Below are positions 44,318-59,079 of a DNA stretch of 64,000 bases, in pieces (the stretch's first letter is position 1; each line of letters opens with the position of its first letter). Location of the stretch: the NCBI GenBank assembly GCA_002633005.1, contig NMRA01000027.1, forward strand, positions 657,265 through 721,264, read 5' to 3'. The notes below the pieces were generated by a model, which was not told the origin of the DNA, did not search any database, and saw only the letters and a list, made by a program, of their open reading frames with translations. This DNA is from Phoronis australis. Taxonomy: Eukaryota > Animalia > Phoronida. Both the position numbers and the translations under genes were made by a program.

Positions 44318-46080
44318 AAGACGATAGAATTGATTGATGAACTTTCTCAAATAGCTGTTCTCCAATGATCGAAATTGTTGTGTTTTCTTCACCAATCAGT
44401 AAAGAATTTCTGATTCAGGAACGCTACATGAGCGTTTCACTCGTCGTTTAACCGCGTTGTACTTCAAAATATATCGGAATTATAACGTATTAAATTGGAC
44501 TAATATTCAAAAACTGTAAGCTGCAAGTCATCAAGCCCTTATATAAGGGGCCAACGTTCGTTGATATACCTTACACGTGTAATCCGACAATCCGACATGA
44601 AGAAAATCCGAGTTTGACGAACATCGATTTGCATAAGTAGGACTGAAAACCTGAATATTATATCATTCCTCGAGCTTGAATATTAAGGAAAGTATCAAAT
44701 TTATCGTTGATTGCATAGCGTTAAGAACTTCACTCTGACATTTATCTAAATTCAACTTGAAAGACTTAATTTGGGAATCTGCTTTAACGGTATGTGATCA
44801 GCTGCTCATTACGTCTGCTTTCCGTGCCGTTCAACCGACGACTCATTTAAAAGGAAACAACGCCTTGTGTTAGCTTATTTAAAAGACATGAACTGTGACT
44901 AGATCACTTTTTCCTATGAAGCATAATAAAAACTCTCTAATCTTTATCTTCTTTCAATAGTTTTGGTAACTCCTTAGTAATACGAATTCTGCAGAATCGG
45001 CAAGAGTTACTAACGTTTTGGGAGTTAAACGAGTCGACTGTGGAAAAAGGCCACCCACATCGAACCACAGAGCTCAATTTGTGACACAATGTGGGAGTGA
45101 TTTAGTCGAAAATGCCTTTTTCTCTCAGGGATAATTGTACTTCAACAACGATAGGGTTTAGTATCCGTTTAAGGTTATGCAGGACCTTGTCCACTAGTGT
45201 ATTATGCCAAATATGTACAAACTAGAGATTTTTTAAAATCAAAATAAAGTAATTATTTTCTGACAATAGAAAGCCTGTAGAATTTGACTTTTGACTTGAT
45301 ACCAAACTACCATTGATTGGGTCACGTGATAGTGTCTTTTGAATGAAATTTAAGAAAAAAGAAAGGTACATTAGCGAATTTCGGTTAATATAAACGCTCC
45401 AGATGAAAACTCAAAAAAGCTGTTACGGTTTTCTAGATTATAATTTTTTCGTTTTATACATAAAAATTCCAGATTTAATAACCCATTAAATACAACATTA
45501 AAAAAATCTTAGCATCGTTTTGGAGCACAATGCATAAAGCATATTATCTAAAAACTACACGCATCCGATCAGCCATTTCTGAGACATGATGTTCTGAAGT
45601 TAACGTCATATTCGAGAAATAATTAATAGAATTGGTACAAAATGTTCACATACTGTGCATTATACACTGGAAGGAATTCAGTTTTTAAGATGTTCTACTT
45701 TTACATGAGGGCTAATTAAACTAGGACTTTTACGATTTTCATGATGACGTACCAAGTTGCACAAACCAAACCGAAAAGAAACCCTGTGACAGGGTTTTGA
45801 GATTTCATTTTAACGTTTACATCAACTAAAATTGTTCACATTACTGAAACCGTTGTTTTGCTATCAACGTACCTTTATTTTTTACTAAGTTTTAACTAAA
45901 AAGGCAAAGGTCAAGTGACCCAGTTAAGGGCAGATTGGTGACAAATATGAAAAACAATTCCTTAGTTAAAATCTACAGATATTTGGCTCAATACGTTGTC
46001 TACACGATCCTAGATTTACATACACTGTAAAATGTAAGATATAACATTCAGGCCATTATGGTTTAAAACTTGTTGATAAC

Positions 46081-46388
46081 CAGGGTGTGGAAACGATACC
46101 TTAACCGCGTCTCTTGATTGCAGCTATGCGTCCCTTAACCTCAGTAGCGGACCAGCAAACACCACATTCGCTGTACACGTGCATCCCTAAACTTTACACA
46201 CGCCGCCCTGGTGGCTCGGTTCTGGAGTTTGGTGGCTGGGCGTGGCGTATAGACAGCGGGTATGTAATATTTCCAGTGCTTGTGTAGACTTTAAGGGTGC
46301 GGGTATGGAATTTGTAACACGGTTGTAGTGTTTGCTGGTCAGGGACTGGGGCTTAGAGGGGTGGCCATAAAATCGTTTCCACCCTCTG
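46081..46388. mobile_element. ~308-bp palindromic MITE, hAT-like termini
   Basis: TIRs are CAGGGTGTGGAAACGAT / ATCGTTTCCACCCTCTG. Internal arms GACCAGCAAACACCACA / TGTAGTGTTTGCTGGTC and CATCCCTAAACTTTACACA / TGTGTAGACTTTAAGGGTG are also inverted. Confidence 0.75.
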
Positions 46389-46980
46389 GTAACGGTTCCT
46401 TCAAAACTACGTGCGCTGCTTTTATTATGTCAAACGTGGGCGTGGCTAACTTAATAGTTTTTCTTAACACTGAAACGAACTATTCATTGGCGACAAATTA
46501 AGTGGAAGCTTTAATGTTCATCTACGGAACTCGGTCGAGCACCGTCCGTGAGGCAAACCGAGAGATATCTGATATGCGCTGAACAATCCTTTTCTCGCCT
46601 GACTGAGTTATTACGTGCGTTCGGTTACAATAGGACACTATGAGCGATACACCTGTGCCCAATTAGCAGGTGTCAAATCCGATAACAAGTCACCCAGTCC
46701 TCCTCATTATCGGCTCTGACCCACCCTCATCAGCTAACTGATTGTCCGATCAAAAGAACTCGTGTTAATTTTCACACCTCCATAATCGAGAGAGCTCACC
46801 ATCGCGTGATTGTTTTCCCAGAGCAAGCCAACTCCAAGCAGAAGGAAGGAAAGCAAATAATTTCGCGATTGCTTGATTGTATTACATAACTGCGTGAACT
46901 ATGATCCCAGTTTTAACGATCGAATATAACCGACTGCTTTCTTGTGCTCATCAAATAGTTATGATTGATTTATCCAGTCG

Positions 46981-47060
46981 TTAAAGGGGCACTGTCACTT
47001 TTAGGGGTGAAAAACGCATTTTCAGGGGTGAAAACGCATTTTGGCTTTATTTTTTGGGTG
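46981..47060 (+). mobile_element. Possible Kolobok-like transposon terminus
   Basis: TTAA|AGGGGCACTGTCAC followed by a duplicated AGGGGTGAAAA(A)CGCATTTT. The other end was not found. Confidence 0.35.
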
Positions 47061-47729
47061 GGATAGACTGTTTGAAGTTATTTTTCTTGAGCTACAAAGC
47101 CCCGAAGTCGTTTCTCGTAATTTTGCTTCCAGCACAGTTAACTGAAATTGAAGTGGTCACGTTATAAGCGATGTACTATGCAGCGGAAATGGTCGACTTG
47201 GGTGGTGGTGCTGGTCATAATCGCGTAAAAAACCAAAGGCAATTCTCTTAAACGCGTGCAAGAACTGAGCGGGGAAGGGTAGTAACCTCTTGGAAAAGCA
47301 TTTGGGCGCGAATTCGGGAACTGGACTGCCGTGTGAGATGGGTTGTACGTGTATATTGCCTGTAATGTCGAGGTTGCTCGGGTTTTTCTAGAAAGTTGGG
47401 TTTACATTCTTCTCGTGGAAATATCTTGATATTCATGCTTGCTTGGCATAAATCTAGTATTTTTAAAGCCTAGGTTTTCAGTAATTTAAATAATTTACTT
47501 GCTGACTTTCTTGCTGTCTCAAGTCAAATGATCTCGCCCAAATACTCGGGTTAAAATACTAATGACCTGGTAATTATAATGGCCAACCCATGCTATATTT
47601 TTGAGGCAATTATCACCACAGTGCTGTATTTTGGATACCATGCCTAATCTCCATGCTGGGCAGAGTGAGCTTGCAAGTAAGGTGATTCAACATAGGCCTC
47701 GCAGATGCTCAAATGAAAGCAATAGAAAA

Positions 47730-49208
47730 CATATTCACGAAAAATCTCGAACACCTGTTATTTGGGATGTCTGAGATAAAATTCGTGTCATCGGTAATAT
47801 TTTTTAAATATTATCATCACACAAACGAATCCTTCAATCGTTTGTTCAGTGGAGGAAGACAGATTCTTTTGAAAAAAAACAACGTAGCTTCCAAACAATG
47901 TAAAATAAAATGTAACGTATTCTTATTTGCATGACATTCCAAAGTCTTCCAAGGTTTAACTTTTTTCGCTGAATAAAAGGAACATGATCTGCAGTGACTT
48001 TGTGAGACCAGTCTCAGCGCGTAGGAACTTGCAACCTCCGCGCTCGCTGCCGGAGTCAAATCCCTCCCGATAAATGGTAGGATATTTTGATCATATATTG
48101 GTAGTCAAGGCATTGCTTTCAGTGGCAGAAACCTGCGAGAATTGGTGATCTATCATAAAACCACAAAGATAGAATGAATTTTGCTCCGTTGCTTGCAGCT
48201 CTAGTCATAGGTATTAACTTCGAGAATATTTACCGCATCCAACAAGTAATCCCGAAAATGCAGTTTTCAGTTTTAAAACCAATAAAGTTTCTTTAATTTA
48301 TTAATCATGTTGTGAATTCTTTATGTGTCAATAATTTCTCATGAGCACAAAGTCCATCCATGGCAGCTTATGCACTAGGAACCAGAGTAAAATAATTGAC
48401 GTAATAGACGTAGATGTCGCTGTCGTCATCGTCGCAGAGCTGGCCTAATTGGCATNCATATTCACGAAAAATCTCGAACTATTTTTTAAGAAAAAGCTCC
48501 GAACACCTGTTATTTGGGATGTCTGAGATAAAATTCGTGTCATCGGTAATATTTTTTAAATATCATCATCACACAAAAGAATCCTTCAATCGTTTGTTCA
48601 GTGGAGGAAGACAGATTCTTTTGAAAAAAAAACAACGTAGCTTCCAAATAATGTACAATAAAATGTAATGTATTCTTAATTGCATGACATTCTAAAGTCT
48701 TCCAAGGTTTAACTCATTTCGCTGAATAAAAGGAACATGATCTGCAGTGACTTTGTGAGACCAGTCTCAGCGCGTAGGAACTTGCAACCTCCGCGCTCGC
48801 TGCCGGAGTCAAATCCCTCCCGATAAATGGTAGGATATTTTGATCATATATTGGTAGTCAAGGCATTGCTTTCAGTGGCAGAAAACTGCGAGAATTGGTG
48901 ATCTGTCACAAAACCACAGAGATAGAACGAATTTTGCTCCGTTGCTTGCAGCTCTAGTCATAGGTATTAACTTCGAGAATATTTACCGCATCCAACAAAT
49001 AATCCCGAAAATGCAATTTTCAGTTTTAAAACCAATAAAGTTTCTTTAATTTATTAATCATGTTGTGAATTCTTTATGTTTCAATAATTTCTCACGAGCA
49101 CAAAGTCCATCCATGGCAGCTTATGCCCTAGGAACCAGAGTAAAATAATTGACGTAATAGACGTAGATGTCGCTGTCGTCATCGTCGCAGAGCTGGCCTA
49201 ATTGGCAT
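47730..49208. repeat. Near-identical tandem duplication (726 bp + 752 bp) separated by a single N; probable haplotype assembly artefact
   Basis: Copy 1 spans 47730-48455, the N is at 48456, and copy 2 spans 48457-49208. Both start CATATTCACGAAAAATCTCGAAC and end GAGCTGGCCTAATTGGCAT. They differ by scattered SNPs and a ~25-bp indel. Confidence 0.95.
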
Positions 49209-50665
49209 AATAATTCCCCGTATGGATCACTGTTAGAATGGGCGACAAATGGCACCTTCTGTCTACGACCTAGCAGTGATGAAAATAGTGTTTACCTACG
49301 AAGTAAATGACGCGTCACTTACTTAACCTTGCCGACATGGCCGACCAGTCAAGGGGTTGACCGCTAATAGACATTGAACGAAAGTTTGATGCTGAACAGA
49401 CAGCGCTTCTAGCAAAAAATAACCATTCGGTTCAGCCGCAGCAGCACCACCTATGAAAACCATTGTTGTGTTTCTTGATTTAAAGATGCCTTTACCCAGA
49501 CCGAATGAAGATCATTGCTGCTTCAACACGGGAAACAGACTTGTCCTCCGTTACCCAACACTCACTCATTTGAGGTTGGTACTAGGTCGACATGTAAATC
49601 ATTTCCTCAGCTCCTCGTAGTCGTGGCGCGCTCATTTTCTCATTTTTTGGTAAAAATATTTCGTTTTTACAGCTGAAAAGGGCTTACAGTCGGACTGCAA
49701 CATACATGTCTTCAGTTAGAAGCCCAGTCATTCGCAGCAGCGAGTGAATGGTAAAAATGCATTGTATTCAGGATGAACCGCAGTCACCCATGTCAACCGC
49801 AAAGTTATACATTCGAAATAACAACTCTTTCCTCTGAACAAACGCCGAATCGTCTGCTCAAATAATCATTGGTATTCGTACGATGGATGACTTTTGCAAA
49901 TCGTGAGCATATTTTTGCTCGTGTGCAACTAATAAATTCTTTCGACTCGAACATGCGATTCAGTGTTGGTGCGGGTGGATCCGTGAGACTCGTGCACATG
50001 GCTGTCCGATACTCTTGCTAGAGACATCTAGTAAAAAGCTTGTACGGTGTCGATAAAGTGGATAAGTGGTTGGCTATCGTTTTTTGCTCTTTATAAGTAT
50101 ACCGTCTTAATCTTAAGACACCAGAGACGGTCATCCCTACTATGGGTTAAGAAACTTCTCATAATAGGCCATCGGTTACCGTGAGAATGACATTTTGATG
50201 AGTTAGGTATTTTCTTGCTGTGACACCCGGCTCAGCGGGAGAAACGTTACGTAAAGTTATGCATTGGAAGTAGTCAAGATATGAGGTGAGTGATAAAATT
50301 GCACAGGCGCTATCATGGTCTATGGTATAATGTTCACCTTGTTACGGATACCAATCTAACGCTGATTAATCATGGGAAAGAACAGCGTCACAACTAGTCA
50401 CATCAAATGGTTTAACATTGAGAGGAAGTAATCCAAGCTCATACCACGGGCCGCTCAGCACTTACCTCGCAGCGGAATCAGTACCACGTGGGCAGAACAC
50501 TTTCTGCTATTATCAACAGCAAATTTACCACGCACTGTAAGACCTCTTATCACTTATTACGATCTCTGTCACGCGCAATTTTTAGAGCAACATTTTCCCT
50601 AACACCACTATGCGTGCTAGTGTTTTGTGGAGGTTGGTAAGTGTTCCGTTCTATGGTGAGAGTTA

Positions 50666-50735
50666 TGCGGCCCGTGGTAATTGTTCTGGGGTCCGTAGCA
50701 ATTGTTCTGCGGCCCTTGGTAATTGTTCTGTAGCC
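50666..50735. repeat. 21-bp tandem repeat, about 3.5 copies
   Basis: GCGGCCCGTGGTAATTGTTCT-type units. Confidence 0.75.
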
Positions 50736-50878
50736 ACACACTGACGGACAAAATTACATTTATGGAAGGCAATTTGAAACAAGTCTAAATTTTGAACTCT
50801 GTATTTCAGTTAACAACGAACAGTTATTTTTGCTTGATGCTAGCGACTTTTTTGAAAAGGTGTGATGCCAACTCTTTT

Positions 50879-51034
50879 AGAGAGCCCATATGATGTACCC
50901 ACCGTATCAGAGAGCCCGCATGATGTACCCACCGTATCAGAGAGCCCGCATGATGTACCCACCGTATCAGAGAGCCCGCATGATGTACCCACCGTATCAG
51001 AGAGCCTACATGATGTACCCACCGTATCAGAGAG
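50879..51034. repeat. 30-bp minisatellite AGAGAGCCCGCATGATGTACCCACCGTATC, 5 copies
   Basis: Near-perfect tandem units that explain ORFs 50840-51022, 50862-51053 and 50890-51078. Confidence 0.95.
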
Positions 51035-51434
51035 TTTACACGATTACAATTAACCCATCTTCAGTGTTTGGAGTTTAAATTGTACGACAAGTTGGTGTCT
51101 GTAAATTACGCGTTTTAAACCAGTCTGCCAAATGCTTATATAACGCATTTTTAAAAAACTACAACCCAAAAGGATGTTAAAGGAATTTCTGAATAAACTT
51201 CTCGTTGACCTGTGGCCGTTTTGACACAAACCTAAGCAGAACGTGAAACTCTTCTTAACTATTCTGTTGAAAAGGACAATCTTGGGAAGTTCCTTGCTCA
51301 TAAAGTGCACCCATTAATGCGGAATTAAAATCCGAAGAGGTACCTCTTCTTCAGGGAAACTGTCGTAGAAAAAACCCATCTGAGAGGCACGTCCTCTAGC
51401 GTGATATTTTTATTCCTTCTTCACAAGTTGGTTC

Positions 51435-51755
51435 TTTGTAACTATAATAAATTTACCTTTTGCAAGAACTATAATAGAGGTACCCATCATAATAACTATA
51501 ACAAACTCACCTACTATCATACGTTTAATAAATTTACCTATTATAATAACTATAATAAATTTATCTATCATTTTCCATAATAAATTTACATATAACATTA
51601 ACTACAACAACGTTTCCTTTCATAATAACTGTAATAAACTTGCCTAACATAACTATAACAAATTTACCGATTATTATCACTATAGTAAATTTAACTATCA
51701 TAATAGCCATAACAAATTTACCTATCACATTAACTATGACAAAGTTTCTTATCAT
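51435..51755. repeat. Degenerate ~27-30-bp AT-rich minisatellite (ATAACTATAAYAAATTTACCTATC)
   Basis: The motif recurs about 10 times. Confidence 0.8.
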
Positions 51756-52884
51756 GTGAAATGTAGCATGACATAATTGTTTTAAATATTTGAATTATAA
51801 GGTACCAGAATAAAAAATGTGTTCAGCTCACACTGTGTAATACTCGAGTACTAAATGTTCACGTGGGAGGGGCGCCCCTAACCTCGAGTGTTCCCATTCG
51901 GATACTATCAGAACCACTCCTGCGTTCCTTCTGTCAACTAAAAGTATGTCTGGCCAAACGATAGTAATATCCAATTATATATGAGCTTATTCTATCTACA
52001 CAAACACATTTTAGCGTTCCAAAGTGTTGGTTTTATTTCGTACAGATCAAGGTTTTAATTTTGTAGAAAACTGAAGAGCCATCACCCCGCATTTGANAAA
52101 TGCCTATACGACCAATCATACTTATTGAATCGCATTAGTTATAAAACTAATGAGCATAATGACCTTGGATTAAAAAAAACAAACACAAACACAAACAGCA
52201 ACGGCGTAGTTTCCACAAATTTTGATATGTTTAAACATTATCATGAAAGATACATAGGTTGAAGTTTAATTGGAAATAAGAGATTGCGCAAGATATGCTT
52301 ATCCATTTTATTTGAAACTTACGATACCACTTAGGTGTAGAATATAAAAAGTCATACTTTAAGTCACACGTTTGACTCATTGATTATCATATTATAATAA
52401 CATGGTCATAACATTTTTGCTATTAATGCGAATATCATTATCTGGATTTATGACGACGATACATTTTAATTCATTTTCATCCGCTGTATAATTGGTTATT
52501 AAATATATTGCACTTTAACAACTCAACTTAGTACTCTCGAGAAAAATCAAGTCAATTGCCGATTGATTGCTTTCCACAAATAAAAACCTCTAGTTTGTAA
52601 TCAAGAAATGAAGATTTAAGTTAATGAAAGCGGCGGTTGGTTTCGTTATTAGTATCTATTTTCAATGATTTAGGGATCAAGTAATCCTGGAAAATTAATT
52701 AGTTTTATTGCTCGTGATAATTGTTTTGCGAAGGTCGGATCATTTACTGGAAAACTAAACAACACGAGGACAACCAATAGCAAGAAATTTTTTAATAATT
52801 TCAATTAATTTTTTTGTTCAAACCATAATAAAACAGAAGACAAATAACAAAACGTTGAAAGAGCATCATATAGGAATAAAATAA

Positions 52885-53090
52885 TGTAAACTTTTTCATT
52901 CAAATATGTGAGCAAGAATGTCTGTCGAAGGGTAAAGAATATCTTCCCAAACACGAATGTGTATCTCTTCAAACAAGAATGACTGAATAAATATCTCCTC
53001 AAACAAGAACCAGTATCTTTTCAAACAAGAATGAATATCTCCATTAACAAGGATATCTCGTCAAACAAGAATGGATATCTGCTCAAAGAA
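52885..53090. repeat. Degenerate ~22-bp tandem repeat (CAAACAAGAATG..ATATCT)
   Basis: CAAACAAGAA recurs at ~52970, 53000, 53022 and 53062. Confidence 0.7.
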
Positions 53091-56000
53091 TAAAATTCCT
53101 CATAAAGATGATATCGGGAAGTCTTCTCGCCTCATGCCAACCACCACACCTAGTGGTACGAGATAGCAGTACTGGTAGAAAAATTCCTTTAATTCGTTAC
53201 ATGACGTTACGTTTAGGTCTCCGCTAGTCAAAGTTGGCCTTCACACAGGCCCTTGTAAAGCAGGCAAGTTAAAAACGGACCCGAGCATGCGGAAATTTGC
53301 ACTCAAAGCAAGCCGTCTATGATTTATGTGTTCAGACAAGCGTTCACTGCTCACTGCTCACTGACAACCTAAGGGGCATGGCCGATAGTTCAACGCAAAT
53401 TTGTTGAACTTTAAAATAAGATTGGAAAGTTGCAAGCAGACAAGTAAGAGTTAGGGGCTATTTTAGTAAAACTGTGCAATATGCCATGACCTACTCTCTA
53501 TGGACTCAGATATGTATTACTGTTGCTCATGGCGATGGTTATCTGTAAGAACCAATGTACTCAGTGAAGAGTATTTGATGAAGAGTTCCGAGATACGCGT
53601 TTAATTACGCTGCACTTCTGGTCAAATATTGTGAGGCAACTTTATACCAAAAACATGAGAAGTTAGCGTGGAAACCATGCAATGCTAGAAACAGTTTCTG
53701 CTTTCAACAGCACCTGTGTAAACGTTGAAGGTATTCAAAAATGCACCCATTACTATTTTGACGTTATTAGGTTTACGTAATTAGCCACACGGAGGTCTAA
53801 ACACACCAAAATAGTCTTCTAATTAGTAAAATGGTCTCAAGAACGGAGAGGTGGTCGGAGACAATGGTTTCAAGTTTTCCTTGTTGTCTTAAAATTTCAA
53901 TTGGCTTAATGGTGCAATTTGAGGGTAATTATTTCCAGACATATTAAGATTGTAGCTATCGTCTCCAGGCACGTGATCAGTACAAGAGGACCCATATGTC
54001 TAGTACAGATCTTGAGAGATTTTTTTCGCATCGCATACACTGTCTATCCAAGTGTCATCGTTCCTCTCACATTCCGATTACCCATCGAATGAGTGTCTAT
54101 CGACTGAACTTGAACTGATGTGATACTCTGGCTTAGTATTGCAGCATTTTCCCGGATATTTGTAAAATATAAAGCGTCTTGATAGCTTGGACACTTTAAG
54201 GAAGATCCTTTGAATGAAAACAATATATTATATGTATAATTAAAAACGATGTTCAAGGAAGTTTGATATATTCGCCAATTGTCACTGTTGCCACGTGTCA
54301 TTTAGGAAAGAATCGGTGCGTTTAGTCACGAAATACTAGCCTCCGCGTCACATTTATCTGTCGATATAACATCTCTCGTCTCACTAGGTCACGATCAGGG
54401 CAGGTAGGCATTTGTTTATTTACAACTAAGGGGACGTCAACTCAATCAAATATCACTGACCGTGCTTGAGCGAATTATTTGAATAAAACGAACTCGCTGA
54501 CTTTGAGGCTCAATAGTGGTATAGATTTCATTCTAAAGCAATGTTTTCAGTTGTGCGTTTAATAGCCTTTTCAGATTCTCAGGTTGATCTGCGGCGAGTC
54601 GGTGACGATCAACGAGAAAGTTGACACAAACCGAACGACCCTTGGTATTTTTGTGTATGTCGTAACGCGTTATTGAGTCGCTTTCAAAACAGAAAAACAT
54701 ACTTTTGCATATCGTGAAACAGAGCCGTATTTACGATAACGCAAGTCACCCTAATCCTGCTTCAGACCTATGTTTTGATAACAAATTATGAAAGAATAAA
54801 AATATCGTTAGCCACTCGCCTTAGAGGAAATATATCCAGCGATCATATCTACCATTTCTTTCTCATTGCCCCCGCATAAACGCTTTGCTGCAGAAGTCTC
54901 TCATTTGTGATTTAATTATTTAATTGTTTGCAAAATTCAAGCATACAAAAACATGCTGCTATTGTGGCCCAAGTCCACAAGTCCCTGCAAGGGTGGTGCG
55001 CAACTTGGTCAGATTGTTGAGAAGACTAATCAGTATTAACATAAAATGGCTCATTGTATTGTATTTAAAATAAAAAAGTTATTAAACACCTAATCGGTTT
55101 GTAAAATTTTACAAGCAAGATTTTTGTCAAGGTGCGCAAATCAGTAAGAAATGAAAATATAGATTTAGGCAGATGCATAAGTCACAGTTCGAATTTTTTT
55201 TAATAATTAGAATATTTAAATAAAATTTGTTGTGAAACTTGAGGAAAATTATTTCTATGACAAAAGACACAGCTGTGCTGTTTACATATATAGTTACAAT
55301 AATATATGCACGTGTACACAAATTCTTTTGAAAACGTAGCGTGTACAAGGGACAAACAAGTCAACGTCACCCAAAACTATTTGGAATTTCAATAAACAGA
55401 GGATTAAACTGTGTCAAATATCATATTATCTCCACTGTGTGCAAAACATTGATAATTTAAAGCAGACCTATTAGTGATACGATAAAGTAATTTTAATTCC
55501 TATCAATCGTGGCGAGTCACTGCTGGTGTCTCTGCGCGTGAGCTGGGTCCACAGAGATGACGCAACATTGAGAGGGGACATTTACACAACAGATTAAGAT
55601 GAAAATTATCTGGTGGTGCTAAAATATCTACTGTGTACTCTCAACAATTCGCAGGCATCCGATTAAGGTTGTGATAGTGAGACATGTGAAATTGAACGCA
55701 CTATTTCGTGAGACTAAATAGTTGATCGACACGTGGGCAGCGACATGAAAGTGGATTATCTTCACAAGCGATGCTTATTTTCAATATTGTGATTTTTCAC
55801 TTTTCCGAATCAAAAACAAAACATGAAAATACAATCAATGACATTTTCAATAAGGATTGGTTTATACTTTTTTCTCTACAATTGCTTTGAAGGTTAACAC
55901 AAACTATACCTGTCTTTTCCATGCTTCAAAATTACATGCAACAAAATACAGTAAGTTGACTAGGTTGACAAATGAGTCACGGCAAACTTAAAGTTCTCTG

Positions 56001-57779
56001 GATTTTTCAACTCTCAAAACTTTGAGGACGTGTTTTCGTGGCTGTTGGCTGAGCCCGCAGCCTAACATTTTACGGCAAAATGTTCAGCTTTCGGTTGACT
56101 TGCCACAAGAACGGTGGGTTAATCGCGAGGTATACATGTCTGCAGTTGACATTAATTTCGACGTCATTCGTCTACGGTATGACAGATGGCACTGCGGTCC
56201 CGTCGATTCTCATTTGACAGAATTAACAAGATAAACATATTTTCACCACGTGTTAAACTTTGACATTGCACTCATAGGTTGTTTCCAAAATGAATCGTTC
56301 TGAATCAAACGTCCATTCGCATAAAATAACCGCATCAGTCATACCTTGTACATATCCACCAATGTTAACTATAACCGTGAAGCACCACAAAGGAGGCCGT
56401 TGCTGGAGTCAGGTTTTCAAGTTCATGGATTTATTGACTTAACAAGACCCAGAAAGTAAAAAACTACTTAACTAAATAGCTAAGCTTCTGTATTTCAATG
56501 AAAAACTGGCGCCTTCAAAAGAGTAAAGCACTGAGATGTTAATATTGTGTGGTGATGTTTTACAGTCAGAGAACCACCGTACAAGATGGAATCGAAAACC
56601 TTGGCTTAGTGACCGGGAACGTAGAAGTTGAGTTCTTTGAAACACCTGGCGCTACCTGGTGATGTGTGTGAGAATCATTTAAAACCTCATCGCCGGGTCC
56701 GGCCCTAAGTGCCTTGTTTCGGTTTTTTATAAATCAGAAGCTGGTAAACAGTGCAGCGGAACAAAGAAATAAGAAATAAAACAACTCAAGAATAAAAGTA
56801 TGTGCAGACATAATTAAGTTGGACACCGGAGTGAAAACACCCGGATGTATATGACGCCTCTCAAAACTCCCGAAAATTTGCAAGAGCAGCAACTGCATGC
56901 GTTTGGGCATCCATTCGCATATCCCACGGAAGTTTCTCAATTCCTCGAAATATCTAAATAAGCCGATTGCTTTGAGGGCGTCGACACATTCTCATGAAAT
57001 TTATCTTCTAATGTTCGCTGCTTCAGGGCAATAAGACGCAGACAAACAGTTTTAAATATTTAGTAAATAAATACACAAACCTTGTCTGGGTATACTTATC
57101 GCCATAAGTTACACCGTGTATAAACTTCGAAACTTCACCCTTTTAAATGAATGTTTGTGCCCTCGTCGTGTAAGACAGTCTACCTGGGAGCTTTTATTGT
57201 CTGCACTCCTCACACACCTGAGATTGACAAGGTGTGAATTTCACCTTAAAAAATCAAATATTTACCCGAAGGTTTCAGCTGGTTGTTGAAGGTCATTGAA
57301 GCCTTATTTCTCGACATATTTGTCGTGTATTATCTTGCATTATGGACATGAGGTTTCAGTAATGATACAGTATACAGAATGAATTAAATTTTAAAAACTG
57401 ACCGTTGCTACGCACACATTCATAGTCTTCGCGTCGGTTTGTAGCCAGAGACACAAAGATATCTTATTTCGAAAAATAAAAGCTGGTGAATCATTTTTCA
57501 TTTTTTGTGACAAGAATCGCATGTCAAGTTCATCACTCAATAGCACCAGTGAGTAAAGAAACACCAAAAATTTGTCAAATTAATTCACGTGAATAGTTTT
57601 GAATGGCTGTATCTTTTAAAGTGTAGACTGACATCACAGATACCTCTCTGCCTGAGTAAGACCATAGAAAACTACCGTCATACTATCAGCAAACGTTTCA
57701 GTTTTCACTAAAGTGTCGTTAAACTGGCTCTCGGTGTTTTATGGTGGTGACGAAGGCGTGGATTAGGAAGAAATCCGGC

Positions 57780-58046
57780 GATGCTGGTGATGATGATTAT
57801 GGTGACGGCTAAAATAATGATGATGATGATAGTGATGATAATAACAACGAACCGCACCAAAACGATGATGACGATCGTATCATAATGATGATGAAGATGA
57901 TGGTGATCACAAATGATGATAATATTAGTGACGATGGTGATGATGACGATAATGAGAGTTAATAATGATGATGTTGAGGACGACGATGATGATAATAATG
58001 ATGACGATCATGATTATGGTGATGATGATAACAATAAAGACGATAT
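57780..58046. repeat. Degenerate (GAT)n microsatellite
   Basis: GAT/GAC/AAT triplet-rich tract. Confidence 0.9.
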
Positions 58047-58753
58047 GCACCAACTTATTGTTTACATTAATGATGTTTTATTTTACACGCTCACAGGTGA
58101 TATAAACACGTGCAAAGGTTAAACATTTCATAACTCCGCTTGATATGAACATAGTAAAGTACAACATTTCAGTGAGACAGTCCCTCTGGATTGCCTTCTT
58201 TTTAGCCTCGATAACCGGTTTCAGTTAAAATAAGGAAAACTGCCATAAAACAATGCTCCAAATCGTACAAAAGATATAAGCCCCATGGCACAGCTTCACC
58301 CCGTCTGAGACGACCCATGTTTCCGGTCTATTCTGATAGCATGTGTCAGACAGCTAGGCTTTTTAAGAAAGATTTTTGTGTCAATATTGGCGGGCAAAGT
58401 GTATAGAATATCACACCAAGATATGTTCCCGAGAACAAATAAAATTTAACCCTTAATTTGTCGACGGACATGATCCCCGTACAATATAGACGGCGTGGAA
58501 CATTCGCTTTGAATTGTGGTCGAGGGTGACTTGGTGCCGACGGATTAAGCTTTGTATGGCTAGGAATGGAACGAAAACATGGCGCATGTTTTTTGAATGA
58601 TACTTAGCTTCTGGCGTATAATTGAATGTTTCACATTTCATGGAACACTTGATGTCACATCGGATGAACTTTCTCGCAGTCAGGCGAATCATGGATGACA
58701 AGAAAACGTAAAGCGTCAACATAAACTTTAATGTGTTTTAGAAGTTCAATAAT

Positions 58754-59079
58754 TGTATTTCGCCCTGTTTAGCTGGATAAAAACGAAAGTCGAAGTAGGC
58801 CATATACTCTCATAAAATTAATCTCATAGTGTTCATTTCCGTGATAGAATTCCCTTAGCAATAAGAACATAGAAATTATAGTGACTCGAGAAAGCACTTC
58901 GTAGTTCATGGGGGTTGCCCAACACGTGTGAATTCGAAAATGAAACGATTATGCAATTATGCATTGACAATGAGATAACGGAAATACAATCATATCAGAG
59001 TATTATGATACCAATTTCATGATAGAAAATGACCAATTCGATTTTCCTTATTTAGCCAGCTAAGCAAGTTGAAATACAG
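58754..59079. mobile_element. MITE-like element with ~40-bp imperfect terminal inverted repeats
   Basis: TGTATTTCGCCCTGTTTAGCTGGATAAAAACGAAAGTCGA compares with the reverse complement of the right end, TGTATTTCAACTTGCTTAGCTGGCTAAATAAGGAAAATCGA. Confidence 0.6.

Noticed and set aside
50840-51078. Repetitive ORFs (YPPYQRARMM / ESPHDVPTVS)
   Set aside because: A 30-bp minisatellite keeps several frames open; there is no gene context.
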